Under the pieces are notes generated by a model. The model was not told where the DNA came from. It worked only from the letters and a program-made list of their open reading frames with translations, and ran no database searches. DNA of 64,000 nucleotides from a bacterium (GTDB lineage Bacteria > UBA10199 > 2-02-FULL-44-16 > JAAZCA01). The stretch covers positions 704,001 to 768,000 of the forward strand of contig CAXXGI010000002.1 in the NCBI GenBank assembly GCA_963674695.2, in the 5' to 3' direction. Positions 8,020 through 17,771 of this stretch are shown here, piece after piece. A program made the translations under genes and the position numbers. Every line of letters starts with the position of its first letter. Within the stretch, counting starts at the first letter, position 1.

Positions 8020-11000
8020 CTATGAAGAGGGCCGCCCCCGCGCGATGGCGGCGTGGAGCGCTTCATGGTGTTTCTGGGGGAGGTTGTTGAAGAGACGCTC
8101 GGTTGTTTTCTCCGCGATGGATTGTTCCACCTTCTGGATGTAGCCTTCGATCTTTCTCCGCACGCGGGCCTGAGCGGCGCTCGATGATCGTTCTCCCGCG
8201 AGCACCGCAACCGCCGCATCGATATTGCCATCGACGAGCGAGAGGACCTTGAACACGATTCCGCGCAGGTGATTGGTGAGTGTCTTCGCCCCCGGTGCGT
8301 ATCCCATCGCCGCTTCGCTCGGCCCCATCCGAAACTCGTTCTGGCGCAACGCTTCTATTTCTCGCCGCTCCTCGTCGTCGAAGGTGCGCTCTGAGGCGAC
8401 GAGCTTCTTTCCCTGCCGCATGATCGCCGCGATCTCGTCTTCGAAGTGTTCCGGCTGGATGATCGCACGCTCCTGGAAGAGGGCGTTGTCGGAGGCCACC
8501 TTGATGGCGCTTGAGAGCTCCGCGACGTTGAAGTGGTGGTAGTCGAAGTGTGTCAGCGCCGTCAGGGCGTCGTCGGAGAGTTCCAGCGCGATCTTCTTGT
8601 CCCGGCATATGCGTTCGAGAAAGTGTCGCGCCAGGAGGTTCACATCTTCGAGCCGATCGCGCAGTGGCGGAATGCGGATGAGTCCACGTGCCTTGATGCG
8701 ACGGAGCAGATCGTTGCGAAAACGCCCGGCGGCGACCTCCGCTTCGAGCGGGACGTTCGAGGCGAAGATAAAGCGCACGTCGGCGGATTTCGGAGCGCCT
8801 TTGCCCGCTGCCGGATTGAAGGGGCGTCCCTCCAGCGGCAGCAGGAGCATCCCCTGGGCCTGCGGTGGGAGCAGCGCGATCTCGTCGAGGAAGAGCGTGG
8901 CCCCATCGCACTGGTCGAGCAGCCCGGGCTGGCCCTCCTTGGGGACATGGGCGATGCCGGAGTTGGCCCCATAGCCGAAGAGTTTTCCCAGGACGATGAT
9001 CGGATCGGCGGCGGCAAATTCGGCGCAGTTGTATTCGACGAAAGGTTTTTCGCCGCGCTGCGAGAGCTCATGGATGGCGCGTGCCACACCGGTTTTTCCC
9101 GATCCCGATTCGCCGAAGAGCAGGACCGGCTCGGCGTCGCGCGAGCGGATGATGATGTCGCGAATGACGGGGAGAAAGGCGGGCGCTGTCCCCAGAATCG
9201 AGGTGCGGCGCAGTTCGCCGAGTTTGGGCAGCTCGCGTTCGATCTCGTCGATCTTCTGCCGCAGCGCTGTTTCCCCCTGCGCATCGCGTGCGCCGACTTC
9301 GGCGATGCCTTCGAGCTGGTTGCGAATTGCCTCCAAGCGTTCGGTGGCGACACTGCCGATCTCCTCTTCGATCCCCTGGATGGTCTCCTCGAGTCGCTCC
9401 TCCTCTTCGGAGAAGTGCGCGAGCCGCTCGGTCGCGGCATCCAGCGCGCTCGCTTTCAGTTCAAGCATCTCCGCTTTCTGCGTCAGCTCGGAGCGCATGG
9501 TGATAAAGGCCGATGCGAGTTGGCCGAGCTGATCGGGACCGGCAAGCTCCGCCAACGAAGGCGAGCGCCCCTCACGCATCGCGTTCACCGCATCGGCGAG
9601 CCTGACGATCCGTCGTGTCAGCGAGTGTGACCAGTAGAGGGCCAGGGCAAACCCGAGGCCGATGAGGACGGCGACGGCGATGAGGTTTCCGACGGCGACG
9701 TTGCGCGCGATGGCTTCCAGCCGATCGCGATCGAGTCCGACCTGGACCATCCCCCAGCGCTGGCCGCCGACGTCGATGGCTTCATGGATGCGGATCGTCC
9801 GTTCGTCATCGCGCGCGGCGGGGGGATAGGTTCCGGCCAGGATCTTCTGAACGATGGAGTGGCCGCGATCGCCGCCCTCGGAGTCGGCGATGTAGATCCC
9901 GTTGCGCAGGACCTTCACGGAACGGATGCCGCGCTGTGCGGCGAGCCCTGCCGCAAACGGATCGATGAGCTGGGCTTGTCCTTCGGCGACGGCGCGCGCG
10001 GATTGCGTCGTGAAGCTGTCGATGCTGTGCAGCCATTCCAGCGAAGTGCTGTGGAGGCGGCGGTTGAGATGGGCGATGGAGAGCCCGCTCACGACGATGC
10101 CGACCGCGACCATCGTGCCGACGAGGGTCACGCGCAGGCGCAGATTCACATCGCGGCTGATGCGTCCCGCAAAGGCGATCGCGAGGATGAGGAGAATGAG
10201 CAGCGCCAGGGCGGGTACGGACGCGATGGCACCGATGCCCCAGAGGCGCGCGCGAACGAGGGCCTGCATGAGCGGCGCCGGCGCGCGCACATAGTCGATG
10301 GCATAGGCGAGCTTCGGGAGCGTGGCCAGAACCGCTGCCGCCTCACGGATCGCATCGTAGTCGGCGTCGGTCACCGCGACAAAGCGTGCAACGTTCAGGC
10401 GATGCATCACGTCGGGCGGGACGTGCTCGTGCATCGACAGGAGCGCGGTCTTGATCTCCGCACGAAGATTTTCGTCAAGGTCAGGGCGTGCGAAGATCGG
10501 CTCCGGCGGAAGCGGCGAGGTCATGAAGATCGAACGCAGTTGCCCCTGCTGTTCGGGCGAAAGTTCCTCGATGAAATAGGTTGCCATCGCCGCGGCGTCG
10601 ATGCGCCCGGCCAGGAGCGCATCGCGCGATGCCGTGTGATGCCCGGAGAGGATCACCTCGGAGAGGGCATCGGCCGGTTGCGAAAATCCGTGTTGGGCCA
10701 GTGCCACGCGCGGCAGGAGATAGCCGGTGGTCGAATAGGTGTCGGTGAAGGCAAGCGATCGACCTTCGAGCCCCTCGATCGACTCGATCCCCGAATCGCG
10801 TCGCACAACGATCGCGCCCATGAGCGGCCCGCCCTCGCGCTGTGCCCCGGCGATGAGTTCGGCTCCTGCATCCCGCTGCATCTTGACGTAGGTGAACGGC
10901 CCGGCGACGAGCAGGTCGATCTCACCCCTTCGATAGCTCTCGAGCATCTCCGCATAGGATTCGCGCAGGACGATCTCGATGGGACGCCCCGTCTCCTGCG

Positions 11001-11157
11001 TGAGGGAGGCGAACATCGGGAGCCACTGCTCGATGACGGCTTCGGGTTTCACCCCCACGACGAAGCAGACGCGCAGCGTCGCATCGTTGGCAGCGTGCGC
11101 CAGGGATGATGAGGCCAGGGCCATGAGGGCGAACAGGAGAAGGGCGAGTTTTTTCAT
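8020..11157 (-). CDS. Membrane-anchored regulator: PhnD-type substrate-binding domain + TM + HAMP + sigma54-type AAA+ domain
   Basis: Signal peptide. PhnD motifs (FTD..STTGYLLP, GHH..S..A). HAMP (LADAV...DQLGQLASAF). Walker A GESGSGKT, LFLDEI, RFIFASN, GRFRNDLL, IPPLRDR. Confidence 0.85.
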   Translation of the reverse strand: MKKLALLLFALMALASSSLAHAANDATLRVCFVVGVKPEAVIEQWLPMFASLTQETGRPIEIVLRESYAEMLESYRRGEIDLLVAGPFTYVKMQRDAGAELIAGAQREGGPLMGAIVVRRDSGIESIEGLEGRSLAFTDTYSTTGYLLPRVALAQHGFSQPADALSEVILSGHHTASRDALLAGRIDAAAMATYFIEELSPEQQGQLRSIFMTSPLPPEPIFARPDLDENLRAEIKTALLSMHEHVPPDVMHRLNVARFVAVTDADYDAIREAAAVLATLPKLAYAIDYVRAPAPLMQALVRARLWGIGAIASVPALALLILLILAIAFAGRISRDVNLRLRVTLVGTMVAVGIVVSGLSIAHLNRRLHSTSLEWLHSIDSFTTQSARAVAEGQAQLIDPFAAGLAAQRGIRSVKVLRNGIYIADSEGGDRGHSIVQKILAGTYPPAARDDERTIRIHEAIDVGGQRWGMVQVGLDRDRLEAIARNVAVGNLIAVAVLIGLGFALALYWSHSLTRRIVRLADAVNAMREGRSPSLAELAGPDQLGQLASAFITMRSELTQKAEMLELKASALDAATERLAHFSEEEERLEETIQGIEEEIGSVATERLEAIRNQLEGIAEVGARDAQGETALRQKIDEIERELPKLGELRRTSILGTAPAFLPVIRDIIIRSRDAEPVLLFGESGSGKTGVARAIHELSQRGEKPFVEYNCAEFAAADPIIVLGKLFGYGANSGIAHVPKEGQPGLLDQCDGATLFLDEIALLPPQAQGMLLLPLEGRPFNPAAGKGAPKSADVRFIFASNVPLEAEVAAGRFRNDLLRRIKARGLIRIPPLRDRLEDVNLLARHFLERICRDKKIALELSDDALTALTHFDYHHFNVAELSSAIKVASDNALFQERAIIQPEHFEDEIAAIMRQGKKLVASERTFDDEERREIEALRQNEFRMGPSEAAMGYAPGAKTLTNHLRGIVFKVLSLVDGNIDAAVAVLAGERSSSAAQARVRRKIEGYIQKVEQSIAEKTTERLFNNLPQKHHEALHAAIARGRPSS

Positions 11158-11333
11158 GCGGATCTTATAGGGCCAAGCGATGGGCGATGACAACAGCGGA
11201 AACGGGGAAACCCACGGGTGACCGCCCGGCAGCATCCACGAAGAACACACGAAACACACGAAACCGATTCCGAGCATCGCTTGAAATGACAATATTTCAA
11301 GGGGTTGAAAAATCGACGCCCCCTCGCGTTCGC

Positions 11334-11349
11334 TGGCATGCCTCTTGCT
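11334..11349 (+). promoter_or_regulatory. Sigma54 -24/-12 promoter
   Basis: TGGCATGCCTCTTGCT with exact GG-N10-GC spacing, 38 bp upstream of ATG 11388. Confidence 0.7.
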
Positions 11350-11387
11350 TTGTACCCGAGACATCGGGGGATGAAAGGAGCGCAGGA

Positions 11388-12182
11388 ATGGAGATCAGAA
11401 AGACGAGCATACCGTATGATGTGGATCGATTCTGGGATGGCGGGTGCATGGGGAGCGATGAATGGGAGGATGACTACGGCACGTCGGTGCAGCTGCTCAC
11501 GAACGGCTCCGGTTCGGCCTATATCTGTCCGGAAAAGGCGCAGGGTCCGTGGCGCCTCTTCGTCGACCATAACGCGCAGGGCTGGCGGCTCTCGGTCTGG
11601 CCGGGGCATCCGGTCGAGGACTACGATCTGCCGTGGGAGGCTTCAGGAAAGCTCGGCGCGGTGATCGCCTGCGGCATCGAGCAAGGGACGATCGGGAGCG
11701 AGGATATCGCGGATCTCTTCACCGCGCCGCGCATGATGGTGCCGACCACCTTTCCGACCTTTGCCGATGGCGTCACTATTCGGAATACATTCGATTGGAA
11801 GGTCTCCTTTCACGATGAGGGGATCTCGATGCACAATTTAAGGATCAGGGATTACCTCTTCGATTTCGAGGGCCGAAGTCGCCAGTATGTTTCGGTCGGA
11901 ACGTTTCCCTCCGCTGTGCGGTATCGCGAGGGGACCACCTGCGAGCTCTGCCCCGACGACTGGGGTATCGGCATGTGCTGCGATGATTTCTCTTATGCCC
12001 GGATGATGTTCGGTCGAAAAGATTATATCTCATACGGGATGTCCTGGGCGGATCACAGCGCTCGCGTCGGGCGCATGGAGCGCTCTGCCGCGATCGTCGG
12101 CAACCGTCTCATCAAGGCCGCGCAAACCGTGACGCTCGAGATCGAGGCGTATGAACGCGCCTGTCAGGGCAAGGAGGAGTGA
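11388..12182 (+). CDS. Hypothetical protein
   Basis: Open frame with RBS AAGGAG upstream. No recognised family. Confidence 0.65.
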   Translation: MEIRKTSIPYDVDRFWDGGCMGSDEWEDDYGTSVQLLTNGSGSAYICPEKAQGPWRLFVDHNAQGWRLSVWPGHPVEDYDLPWEASGKLGAVIACGIEQGTIGSEDIADLFTAPRMMVPTTFPTFADGVTIRNTFDWKVSFHDEGISMHNLRIRDYLFDFEGRSRQYVSVGTFPSAVRYREGTTCELCPDDWGIGMCCDDFSYARMMFGRKDYISYGMSWADHSARVGRMERSAAIVGNRLIKAAQTVTLEIEAYERACQGKEE

Positions 12183-12367
12183 TGCATCAAACGGGGGATG
12201 AACCAGAGATGACCACCATCTGGAACGAATCGTCGTTTCTGCGCCTGCTGCGGCTGGCGCGCCTCACGCTCGACACGGCCATCGGCCTGATCGAGGGCGC
12301 GATAAAGAGGCGGGAGAAAGACACGACCGATGCGTCAATAAAGCTTCAGGGATTGGATGGGCCGTGA
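12179..12367 (+). CDS. Small hypothetical protein
   Basis: Start overlaps the previous stop (GTGA), RBS AAGGAGG. Confidence 0.45.
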   Translation: MMHQTGDEPEMTTIWNESSFLRLLRLARLTLDTAIGLIEGAIKRREKDTTDASIKLQGLDGP

Positions 12368-12513
12368 TTTCGTCCAGGCTCCCGATATCGCAACAGGGGA
12401 ATGGGATGATTTTATTGGATTTTTTTAGCAAGACATTCCTTCATTGCCGCAACTTCTGGGGGTGTAAGTGCCGATAATACGGGTAGCTGCAGGATATTCA
12501 GTTTGGGAGACGT

Positions 12514-15198
12514 ATGCCCTATTCGGCATTGCGATTACAGGACTATCATGCGCGCGTGGCGAGCCAGCTCGCGCAGTTGCGCCAGAACGATCAGCGCTTC
12601 AGCGACGAGACCAATAGCGTCGTGCGGTGGACGGCCGACTTCGTCTCCGGCGCGGGCGAGACGTGGGAGCATCACGAGGCCGCGCTCGAACGCAGTCAGA
12701 AGATGCTCGATGAAGCGAAGGCCTCGATCGAGGCCGGTCGTTTTGATGAGGCCGTCGCCCTTCTCCGACAGGCCGAGGGAGATGCGAGTCAGGCGAGCCG
12801 GTTCGCGCGCCGCTATTTTGGCCAGACCGAACGCGGGGCGCTCTCCGTCGGCAAAGGGCTCGCGGTGACCTCGGTTGCCTGTCTTGCGGGCAGCGGCCTC
12901 GGCGGGGGCGCGCTCGCCCTGGGTGTTACGTCCAGCATGGCCGGAGCCCTCCTGTTTTCAACGCTCATCAATGTGCCCGGTTGGGCGATCGCGGATGAAC
13001 TGCTCCGCACCTCCATGGCGAACGGCTCGACGGATGAGACGACCTCCGTGGAGTTTCGCAAACCCCGTGTTTCCGAGACGGAGGTGCTCGTCGATCCCGC
13101 GGCCAACGATCCGCTGGCTCAGCCCCCCAGCCGCGAGCAGGTCATCGCGCATGCACAGGATGCGCTGCGTGCCTGGAAAGAGGATCCATCTCGACCTCTC
13201 GATCCGTTCTTCGGTTCCTTCCTGATCGATTCGGAATTTGCGGGAGAGGTGGGCGGAGAGGGGACGCACGAATATGCCGCTTTGCAGGAGGGGTGGGAGC
13301 GACATGTAAACCGTTATCGGGAGACTCTCTGCGAGCAGCCGGCTGAGGGGATGGCCGCATTCGAAGGGATCATGCCCGAGCTCTACCGCGATTACCTCTT
13401 CTCCTATGTGAAGAAGCATGCGCAGCTGCGAGATTTTCTCTCGCGCGAGGGGGGCAACTGTGAGGCACAGACCAAGCTCATTCTCTCCACGCTTGCGGCG
13501 ATCGAGGTGGAACTGTCACCGCCGTTGACCGTGGGTGTTCAGCTCTTCGGCGAGCATATTCAGCCGGTCGTCTATGACTCTGAGCGCGATCGGGTCTGGA
13601 GCGCGATGAGCAATCAGTGGGATGATCGGATCCGTGCGCCCATCTATGATCCGCATGTTCTCTATCACGCCTATCTCAAGGGGGAGGCGGTTCGATCGTC
13701 GGGTGAGATGCCGATTGATCTCGTCGTCGATGCCGACGACATGTTGCTCCGGCCGATCGATGCGGAATTCGCCGGTCAGAAAAGCGCGCCTGCGCCGGGT
13801 ACGGGAGGGACCAATACGAAATCCGTCTTCCCCAAGGGGGAGGGCGTCTTTTCCGATGGGCCGATTCCAGAGGTCGCCTTCCTGCCCAGCCCCTATGGTC
13901 ACGAGGCGGTCGATGTCATCGAAGAGACGATCTACAGTCGGATCAACCAGGGGTATCCCCCCCGTACGGTTTCGGATCAGCCGCCGGAACATCGCTTGAG
14001 CTCTCAACAGTTCATGGATGAATACCAGATGGATATGGGCGTTATCGGAGTGGCCGGAGCCCCGAATGCGGCGATCCTCTTTCGTTCCCCCGAAGTCCTG
14101 GCGGCGTTCACAAAGATCCCCACGCGTGAGGGGAAATATCGGTTTATGACGCAGATCATCGTTCAGAATATCGGACGGGTCCTCTCCTCCCCCGGGGGGA
14201 TGCGGACGATGGATCTCCTCGCCGATCCCCAAAAGGCCAAGGGACTGAGCGATCGTGAGGTGATCCTGGCGCTGCGCGTCCGGTCCTCACTCGACGTCAT
14301 CCTGCAACGGGGTGTCGAAGCGATCGGCAATTTTTTTTCGGCGATGGACGGGGGTGGATGGGCATTTGATGGTTTGATGGAGCATCTCCAGAAGAAGTTC
14401 GAATCGCTCATGCCGCTCTATGCACGGTATCGCCATTTTGAGAAGGCCTTCCAGGATCGGGTGCAGGCCCATCCGACCGAGACGATCGTCTTGATGGATC
14501 GCCTCGAAATGATGCCGCGCGAGGCCCTGCTCGGTTCGATGGATGACGCGACGCTCCTGAGCGTTGCCGGCGAGCTTCTGGATCAGCAGCGCATCGAAAT
14601 CCTGCACCAGCGGGCGCCGAGCGAGCTCCTCTTTGTCGATCTCCTGAAGTCGAAGACATCGATCAACAAAGCGATGGATTCCCCTGAACCGGCGGGCGAG
14701 GATGAGAACATCTCTGTGGAAAAGCCACGGCAAGTGAAGCGCGTCGTGCGGGCGGAGACCTTCGCGCACTTAAGCCTCTTTTGTCTGAATCATATTCGTC
14801 AATTGGACGATGAGCATCATATCGACGTGGTCCGCAATGTGACCGTGCTCGAGCCGCTCAAGGCGCGCTGGAACGCTCCCCTCATCGCATCGCTGCGCAT
14901 GGCGACCAGGGACGGGCGCTACGATCCCATCATTGCGTGGGCGCAGCTCTCCTCCCGCCTTGGTGGCGTTGACCAGTCGGAGCAGGAGCGCGAAGCGCTC
15001 GAGGAGGAGCTGGCAAAGCTTGAGGAGGACATGAAGGGGAGGCGGGGTGCCCATTGGTGCTACTACAATACCGCAAATAGATCCACGCAGTGTTCGGGTT
15101 TCAACACGATTCCCGGCGGATGGGATGCGTATTTGAAAAACTCGGTGCTCGACCCAACGCGCTATACCCCGATTCTTCGATTTGAATCAGAGGAATGA
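12514..15198 (+). CDS. Large hypothetical protein with possible transglutaminase-like Cys-His-Asp domain
   Basis: 894 aa. N-terminal helical region and Gly/Ala-rich hydrophobic hairpin, then GGNCEAQTKL...GEHIQPVVYD. Confidence 0.7.
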   Translation: MPYSALRLQDYHARVASQLAQLRQNDQRFSDETNSVVRWTADFVSGAGETWEHHEAALERSQKMLDEAKASIEAGRFDEAVALLRQAEGDASQASRFARRYFGQTERGALSVGKGLAVTSVACLAGSGLGGGALALGVTSSMAGALLFSTLINVPGWAIADELLRTSMANGSTDETTSVEFRKPRVSETEVLVDPAANDPLAQPPSREQVIAHAQDALRAWKEDPSRPLDPFFGSFLIDSEFAGEVGGEGTHEYAALQEGWERHVNRYRETLCEQPAEGMAAFEGIMPELYRDYLFSYVKKHAQLRDFLSREGGNCEAQTKLILSTLAAIEVELSPPLTVGVQLFGEHIQPVVYDSERDRVWSAMSNQWDDRIRAPIYDPHVLYHAYLKGEAVRSSGEMPIDLVVDADDMLLRPIDAEFAGQKSAPAPGTGGTNTKSVFPKGEGVFSDGPIPEVAFLPSPYGHEAVDVIEETIYSRINQGYPPRTVSDQPPEHRLSSQQFMDEYQMDMGVIGVAGAPNAAILFRSPEVLAAFTKIPTREGKYRFMTQIIVQNIGRVLSSPGGMRTMDLLADPQKAKGLSDREVILALRVRSSLDVILQRGVEAIGNFFSAMDGGGWAFDGLMEHLQKKFESLMPLYARYRHFEKAFQDRVQAHPTETIVLMDRLEMMPREALLGSMDDATLLSVAGELLDQQRIEILHQRAPSELLFVDLLKSKTSINKAMDSPEPAGEDENISVEKPRQVKRVVRAETFAHLSLFCLNHIRQLDDEHHIDVVRNVTVLEPLKARWNAPLIASLRMATRDGRYDPIIAWAQLSSRLGGVDQSEQEREALEEELAKLEEDMKGRRGAHWCYYNTANRSTQCSGFNTIPGGWDAYLKNSVLDPTRYTPILRFESEE

Positions 15199-15214
15199 AA
15201 GCCCCGATCTCTCG

Positions 15215-15766
15215 TTATCGTATCGCCTTCATGTAGAGATGTGCATCCTCAGGGCGCCCAAACCGACGGCGCTCGAATCCCTTTTCGGTGAAGTGCTCGA
15301 CCCCTTCTGAGATCGTTTGAAATCCCGCATCCGTGAGCGCGTCCGTGATGCTCTCGCGCGTCCAGCCGCTCTTGTGTTCGTCGCCGGGCCAACGCTGCCA
15401 GCCATAGATCGTGCTCCAGACGTGTTCGTCGGTGAAGGGGTTCTTCTCCGATGCGCCATGCGTGACGTTCATGAGGTACTCCGCCCAGACCTTCATGTCC
15501 GGGACGTCGAAGAGGAGCTCGCCCCCCTCTTTCAGCAGCCCGTGGAGGTGCGCGAGCGTTTCATGCACTTCGGCAAAGCGCAGGTGTTCCATCACGCCCA
15601 GGGCGATGATCTCCGTGAGCGATGCTTCCGGGAGCGCGATCTCGCAGGGGGTGCAGATGAAATCGAGTTCCACGCCCTCCTGTGCGGTGACGTCCTGGTG
15701 CAGATAGCCGGGGGTGGGGCGTGCACCGCAGCCGAGTTCGAGTCTGTCGCATGATGTCGGTGTCAT
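15215..15766 (-). CDS. Class I SAM-dependent methyltransferase
   Basis: LELGCG motif I, VMEHL, LLKEGGELLFDVPD. Confidence 0.85.
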   Translation of the reverse strand: MTPTSCDRLELGCGARPTPGYLHQDVTAQEGVELDFICTPCEIALPEASLTEIIALGVMEHLRFAEVHETLAHLHGLLKEGGELLFDVPDMKVWAEYLMNVTHGASEKNPFTDEHVWSTIYGWQRWPGDEHKSGWTRESITDALTDAGFQTISEGVEHFTEKGFERRRFGRPEDAHLYMKAIR

Positions 15767-16506
15767 GAGTTCCCCTTGAATGCTTCATGTTTGAGCTGCC
15801 GAAATGCGGCGAGCGTCTTCCAGATTACGCCCGGAATCTTCGCGACGGGCAATCCGCGCGAAGGTCCATTTTCGCGCGCAAAATGTGCGACGCTGATTTC
15901 GGAGACGCGATATCCCTTTCCGATCATGCGGATCGTCATCTCGAAGTTGTTGAGGCCTGAGAGCAGCCAGTCGTCCTCGGCTACCGCTTCGTAGGCTTCC
16001 TTGCGCATGAGACGCAGGGGGCAGTTCACATCGTGGAGGGTTACGCCGAAGTAGCTGCGCACCAGCGCGTTGAAGACGCGCGTCATGACGATGCGGTAGA
16101 GGGGATCGGCGCGCGCTTCTTTGAACCCGACGATCATGTCGTTGTCGCGCATGAGCGGCTGCATTCTCCAAAAGTCGGCCGGATCGTGTTTGCCGCTGGC
16201 ATCGCAGAAGAGGATGAAGTCGTTGCGCGCCGCCGCCATCGCTTCGCGCAGGGCGCGCAGATACCCGCGGCGTTCATCGCATTGCAGCAGACGCATGGCC
16301 GGGTGCTTTGCAGCCAGTTCGCGCAGACGCTCGCTCGTGCCGTCGGTCGAGCCGTCCTCGGCGACGATCAGTTCCGAGCCGGGGAGCTTGGTGACGACGT
16401 CCTGCAAAAACCCTTCGACGACGCGATCGATCACCTCGATCTCGTTGAAAGCGATGATGACCACCGAGACGGGCGCGTGTGCGTTGGCATTCGGTTCGTT
16501 GTTCAT
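15763..16506 (-). CDS. GT2 glycosyltransferase (DPM1/polyprenol-phosphate type)
   Basis: SVVIIAFNE, EDGSTDGT, LFCDASGKHDP, LHDVNC. Confidence 0.9.
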   Translation of the reverse strand: MNNEPNANAHAPVSVVIIAFNEIEVIDRVVEGFLQDVVTKLPGSELIVAEDGSTDGTSERLRELAAKHPAMRLLQCDERRGYLRALREAMAAARNDFILFCDASGKHDPADFWRMQPLMRDNDMIVGFKEARADPLYRIVMTRVFNALVRSYFGVTLHDVNCPLRLMRKEAYEAVAEDDWLLSGLNNFEMTIRMIGKGYRVSEISVAHFARENGPSRGLPVAKIPGVIWKTLAAFRQLKHEAFKGNS

Positions 16507-17771
16507 CGCAAGGTCTCCGCGAGTGAGAGCGCATGGGCCGTGCAGGCATCCATGTTGAGGTATTCGAATTCGGCGAATCGTCCACAGATGTGGATGTTTT
16601 GTCTGGCGCAATAGTTTCCGATCACCTCCATGCGATGGCGGCGGTCGTGTGTGTCGATGACGTAGGCATGAGGGTGACGGCGCACTTCGGTCGTGATGAT
16701 TTCGCTTGGATGGGCGATACCCGTTTTTGCGAGGCCTGCAGAAACGCGTGCGACGATCTCTTCATCCGTGCATTCCAGCAGCGCATCGTCGGGGGAAACG
16801 GTGATCTCAGCAACAAGCGACCCCTTTCCTTCCGGTGCAGCGGCGGTGTCGAGATAGGTCGGGAAACAGACGCGATGAAAGATCACATCCTTCTGCGGGA
16901 CGTAGATGCCAAAGCGCGGGGGAGGTGTTGCGTTGTTTACGCCCACGAGAACGGTGATGAGCGCGTTGGCACGAAGGCCGGCGGCCGCGGCGAGGACCTC
17001 ATCGGGTGCTTCCGCCAGGGCGTGGATGAGGTCCGGCGCGGGGATGGTGGAGATGAGCCGATCAAACGTTTCCGTCCTGTCGCCATCGCTCACCGTCCAC
17101 TGGTTATGCGCGTGCTCAACACGTCGCACGGTGAAGTTGCATTGAACGCGAGTGGCCTTCTGTGCGAGTGCAGCAATCAACGAAGCGATGTTTCCTTGCT
17201 TGGGGTAGTGAAAGTAGAGTTGGTGGAGATATCCTTCGGTGCGCAGTCCTAGCGCACCTTTGATCAAATCCCGCAGCGGCGGGCTCGGCACGCGCTCGAC
17301 CCAGCCGGTCGAAATATCGGAGAGCTTTGTCTTCCAGATCTTCTCGTTGTAGGGCGTCAGGTACATGTCCGCGATCGCATGGCCGAAGCGAGCGACGATC
17401 CATTCACCAAAATTCGACGGTTGGATGCGCGGGCGAGTACAGTATCCCCAGAAACAGCGCCAGCGATCGCCAAAGGCCAGGTCCGGCAGACCGTTCTCGA
17501 ACGGATAGCGGACGAAGCGTTCGCGACAGAGAATTTCGTTGCGGCGATAGTGGCGCGAGCAATTGTCCCCCAGCGTGTCGAGCAGAAACCCAAGCGCCGT
17601 TTTGTCCTTCGAGAAGAGGACGTGTCCGCCGATGTCGTAGCCAAACCCATTCTTGACGAAGGAGCGGCACAGGCCTCCCGGAACGGCTTCCTTTTCCAGG
17701 ACGTGTGTCTCCGGAAGGAGGGATGCCAGGATAAGGCCGGTGAGTCCGCCGTCGAGGATGCCTGTCTTCAT
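16503..17771 (-). CDS. FAD-dependent oxidoreductase (protoporphyrinogen oxidase / UDP-galactopyranose mutase-like)
   Basis: Rossmann start GILDGGLTG, GGLCRS, YDIGGHVLF, PYNEKIW, GRFAEFEYLNMD. Confidence 0.8.
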   Translation of the reverse strand: MKTGILDGGLTGLILASLLPETHVLEKEAVPGGLCRSFVKNGFGYDIGGHVLFSKDKTALGFLLDTLGDNCSRHYRRNEILCRERFVRYPFENGLPDLAFGDRWRCFWGYCTRPRIQPSNFGEWIVARFGHAIADMYLTPYNEKIWKTKLSDISTGWVERVPSPPLRDLIKGALGLRTEGYLHQLYFHYPKQGNIASLIAALAQKATRVQCNFTVRRVEHAHNQWTVSDGDRTETFDRLISTIPAPDLIHALAEAPDEVLAAAAGLRANALITVLVGVNNATPPPRFGIYVPQKDVIFHRVCFPTYLDTAAAPEGKGSLVAEITVSPDDALLECTDEEIVARVSAGLAKTGIAHPSEIITTEVRRHPHAYVIDTHDRRHRMEVIGNYCARQNIHICGRFAEFEYLNMDACTAHALSLAETLR

